64,000 bases of DNA from Entomortierella parvispora E1425. Taxonomy: Eukaryota > Fungi > Mortierellomycota. The stretch lies in NCBI GenBank assembly GCA_020891255.1, contig BQFW01000010.1, positions 1,302,001 through 1,366,000 of the forward strand, written 5' to 3'. Shown here one piece after another: positions 60,372 through 64,000 of the stretch. How positions within the stretch are numbered: position 1 is the first letter of the stretch; each line of letters begins with the position of its first letter. The notes beneath the pieces are model-generated. The model was not told the DNA's origin, searched no databases, and saw nothing but the letters and a program-made list of their open reading frames with translations. The translations under genes were made by a program, and so were the position numbers.

Positions 60372-60919
60372 GATGTGAATGAACTGTGGAAGGAAAGACG
60401 GATGTAGGGGATGCCAATGGTCCAAATGCGACTTTCGGCAATGTCAAGCCAGGAGCGGAGCATGATTCATGACTGCTGAATTGGCTCACACTCTTGAAAA
60501 CACTGGTCATGTGATCGGCTAACGTGACGACGTCAACATTGATCACATGACCAACGCCACCAATAAATTTTGTGTTTCAGAGAAACTTCTGGCGCGACAC
60601 ACCAAATAGATAACTCTGCAGGATGGTGCGGCATGCAAGGAAGGAGGACACTCTCCCCTTTCAGCAGTCAGAAATACCAGGTAAAGGCGTCATGATTGGG
60701 GACTGTTGCCTCAGTTTCTAAGAAACTCTTCTCAAACCGGTCTTACATTAGGCGATTTTCCGAGGGCATTGGGAGAAGGGCACTTGAGAATATCGCGCCT
60801 TTCAGTTCAACTCTGCGATTTACATAAATAGGCAGGATCTGCCTCCAAACAAAACGACTTCTCTTCTTTAACAAACACCTTCACCGCATCTCATCTCTAC
60901 GAAATCAACCACCATCATC

Positions 60920-61307
60920 ATGGCCGACAAGAAGTTCTCTGACACCATTAGCTCCGCCATCGGAGGCGCCAAGGAGACCTTCGGAAGAGCCGTCGGAAAC
61001 GAGCAGCTCGCTGCTGAGGGTATGTACAACCGCTTCATTCGATCATGAACATGTTTGCACAATTCTGAATAGTCGACCCACTTTAACATTAGGCGCAGCC
61101 CAGAAGGCTCAAGCCCAGACCCATGCCGCTAACACGGCTGCTCAGCAGCAGGCCCAGAGGACCCAGCAGCATGCCCAGGGTGTTGCTGACAACGTCACCG
61201 GACGTGTCAAGTCCACCGTCGGTGCCGCCACCGGAAACACCAAGATGGAGGCAGAGGGCCACATGCAATCGGCTGCAGGATCTGCTCGCCGCACTGTCAA
61301 CCAATAG
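60920..61307 (+). CDS. Small CsbD/YjbJ-like hydrophilic stress protein, two exons
   Basis: Two copies of the G..KET.G...GN.Q..AEG motif (GGAKETFGRAVGNEQLAAEG; GRVKSTVGAATGNTKMEAEG). Confidence 0.75.
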
Positions 61308-61989
61308 GTTGTCAAAAAAAACGCGCCCGTAGGTGGACTAGTTAAAAAAAAACTAGATCTTTTATCAAAAACTTTGGATAGCCACCTAACAAAACGCCAA
61401 GCATCGGCAAGCGCGATGTTGTAAATAAAAGAAAAAACATTCTTCATGACTTGTTCCCAGAGCGCGTGTGTGGTGCGCCAAATACTGTAAATAATGTCTA
61501 CCAACCGCAGACTACGCAAAGATGTTCGGGCGGGGAGAGGTCCCAGTGCTCTCACAATTTTGCGTCTTTGTTTGTTGCAGCAGTGTGCGTGAACGTTGAA
61601 CAGGGTTCGGGTGGGTCCATGTATCGGGTCCGAATGACCGATCGAAGCAACAGCGGCCATTGGGTCAAACCTGAATGCGGGTGCTTTGGGCAACCGAGGC
61701 GAAGCCATTGGAAGAGACCCCTCCCTTTGATCTTCAGAAAGAATAGAAGATGATAGCCGGAAAACAAACGGCGCGACCACCCGTGCCACGCGAAGCGAAG
61801 AGGATTGCCCGCCAGCCGCGTTGTTGTTTTGTGTGGAGAAGTGTGAAAAAGCACGCGCGCTCTCAAGGGCAGAGCAGGGGCGGACCCGCGAACGAAGTGA
61901 TGTTGCAGAAAGTGAACGGCCCATTCCATTCCATCCATTCCTTTTTCGCTTTTCTGTTCCTCATCATTCATTCAATTACGTGGAACGAC

Positions 61990-63817
61990 ATGAAAAACAA
62001 GGCCTCGCTCGTCTGGAACTACCTGGTCCCAAAGGCACCATTGCTCGTCGGGACAACAGTCAGCCATTACACCTACGGACCAACAAAACCGTCATGGAAC
62101 ATCAAGTTTTCTCTCACCATGGCGATGGTCCAGGCATTCGCTGGTCACTTGAGCGACGTCCCTCTGAAACAGGCTCAGGCCATGTCTAGACTTAACGACA
62201 AGTACGCACCTGTCCACGCAAGCGCTGACGTGTCCGAGGCAACAATCCCCAACGAGTACAGGGACAAATCAGCTGGATATCTAGATCAACTACTCACCAA
62301 GGAAGGTCTCGATGCCACTAAGCTCGGCTGGGATTGGAAGAAGGATCCTCGAGCAGAGAAGCCTTTGAAGGGAGAGTGGACGGAGACCAAAGTCAAGGAC
62401 GAAAACTTCAAGGAGGGACGGACAGTGCTGTATTTACATGGAGGTATATGCCCCTTTTGACCTCATCACAGAGGCGCAAGGGTGGAGTCATGTTCAAAAA
62501 GTTTTTACTGACAGGTTCTTCTTTTTACAGGTGGCTACTTCCTGTGCTCTATTCGCACTCATCGATGGGCGAGTTGGAACATGGCCCGATTTGGTGGCGC
62601 ACGCGTCTTTTGTAAGAAGGTTGAAAAAGCTATGCCACCACGGTCCATGATGTTCACGTTCTTGCAGTTGACTTACTGTATAATCGATATTGAATAGCCG
62701 TCGATTACAGATTGGCCCCCGATTCCCCATTTCCTTCCGCTATTCATGATGCCCTGGCAGCCTACTTATATCTGATTGACCCACCAGCGAACTCAGGAAT
62801 TGCCCCCGTCGACCCCAAAAACATTGTCATCATGGGCGACAGTGCTGGAGGAGGTAAGAGGGGCCCGACGTTCATCCTTGTTTGGAACAAACGTGATCAA
62901 AGTACGCCAGCTCACGGATGTTTTATCTCCTTAGGTCTGACGTTTGCCACTATGTACGCCATTAAGGATTCCGGCCTCCCGATGCCAGCAGGGATCATTG
63001 GATGGAGCCCATGGTAAGCCATCGCACTCAAGATTCAGCAAAGAACGGGGCAAAGGTCCGCCAGAGCAACCAAAGACTCACCCCTTTTTTTTTCTATTGT
63101 AGGCTGGATCTCTTGCACTCTATGCCTTCTGTTCTCGCCAACGCACCCTCTGATTACCTACCCGCCGATGGTTTCACTCAGGGGAGCGAGGCGTCCTTGA
63201 AGAATTTGGCCAAACTGGTCGCTAATGCCACGGGTAACGACGAAAGAGCGATCTTGCAAACTCTTCCTTCCGTGCAATACTACGCGAATAACTCGTTGCT
63301 CCACAGCAAATACGTCTCACCGGTCATGGAAGAAAATCTTGAGGGTGCTTGCCCGATCATGTTGGTAAACCATCCTCTCCTGGCCTTTGGGCTCTAAACC
63401 GATGCAGCCCTTTGAAGATCGAAAAGTGTTTTACCACTCTTCACCTCGCTCTGGACTGATTTTTTCACTCCATCTCTCAAATAGATTGCTGGAGACGGCG
63501 AAATGCTTCGCGATGAGTCCATTGTTTTTGCTCAGAAGCACGTCCAGGCTTCCTCGCCAGTCCACGTTCGTGTCTATGACGACATGCCACATGTGTTCCA
63601 GATATTTGGATTCCTGCCCAGCGCCAAACACTCTCTTCGTGAATCGGGTGATTTTATTCGCAAGGTCACTCTTGGGGGCGAAGGTGTGGCGAACAAGAGC
63701 TTTGAGAGAATCAGCGTGAAAGGCGAGAGACGTCCCCTGGAAGATGAGGTCGTTCTGGACTGGAAGGATCGTATTGGTCGCCTAGGAGGTGGACCCAAGT
63801 TTTTGGCTAAACTCTAG
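61990..63817 (+). CDS. Alpha/beta hydrolase, HSL (abhydrolase_3) family, multi-exon
   Basis: LYLHGG|GY, DYRLAP..FPSAIHDALAAY, GDSAGG nucleophile, LRDES, MPHVFQ. Confidence 0.93.
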
Positions 63818-64000
63818 TTATGAAAAAAAGCACAAATATACCATTTTTACACCAACGATTCAAAAGACAATGACGGCACCACAATGGAAGCAAGTCTACT
63901 AACGGGTCAAAAGAATGAGGTAGATTAGCCAACACCAGATGCAATAGAAGTTGCCTCAATGACATGGATAAGAGCATCGATCGCCATCACCGTACGAGTG

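Noticed and set aside
61142-61971. 260-aa and 139-aa minus-strand ORFs
   Set aside because: No recognisable motifs; they overlap the CsbD-like exon and intergenic/promoter DNA.

Overview
Intron-rich fungal genomic DNA, most likely Mortierellaceae (inferred from the Arm/NACHT/pentapeptide/WD40 gene and the long poly-T/A intron tracts). The first ~9.8 kb is a mobile-element cluster. It holds the 3' part of a Crypton-type tyrosine recombinase (+) and, tail-to-tail with it, a very large six-exon Fanzor1/TnpB-family RuvC nuclease gene (-, ~1,670 aa when spliced by hand). All three RuvC catalytic residues and the zinc finger are present, there is one apparent 1-nt frameshift, and candidate omegaRNA hairpins lie at its 3' end. 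Further along are a 20-bp tandem repeat, a decayed DD34E Tc1/IS630 transposase and a TA-flanked 398-bp MITE. The rest (10.6-64 kb) is mostly housekeeping genes: VHS-GAT protein, amino-acid permease, Sdt1-like nucleotidase, DHHC palmitoyltransferase, COX5, MRPL16, GIS2/CNBP, RPS0, SPT16, GNAT, MsrB, two RING-H2 ligases, EEF1AKMT4-like methyltransferase, Era, QTRT1, ARP1, HSK3, MRP51, a CsbD-like protein and an HSL-family hydrolase. One intronless 1,761-aa NLR-like NACHT-WD40 gene sits among them. All exon boundaries were read by eye and are unverified by RNA data.
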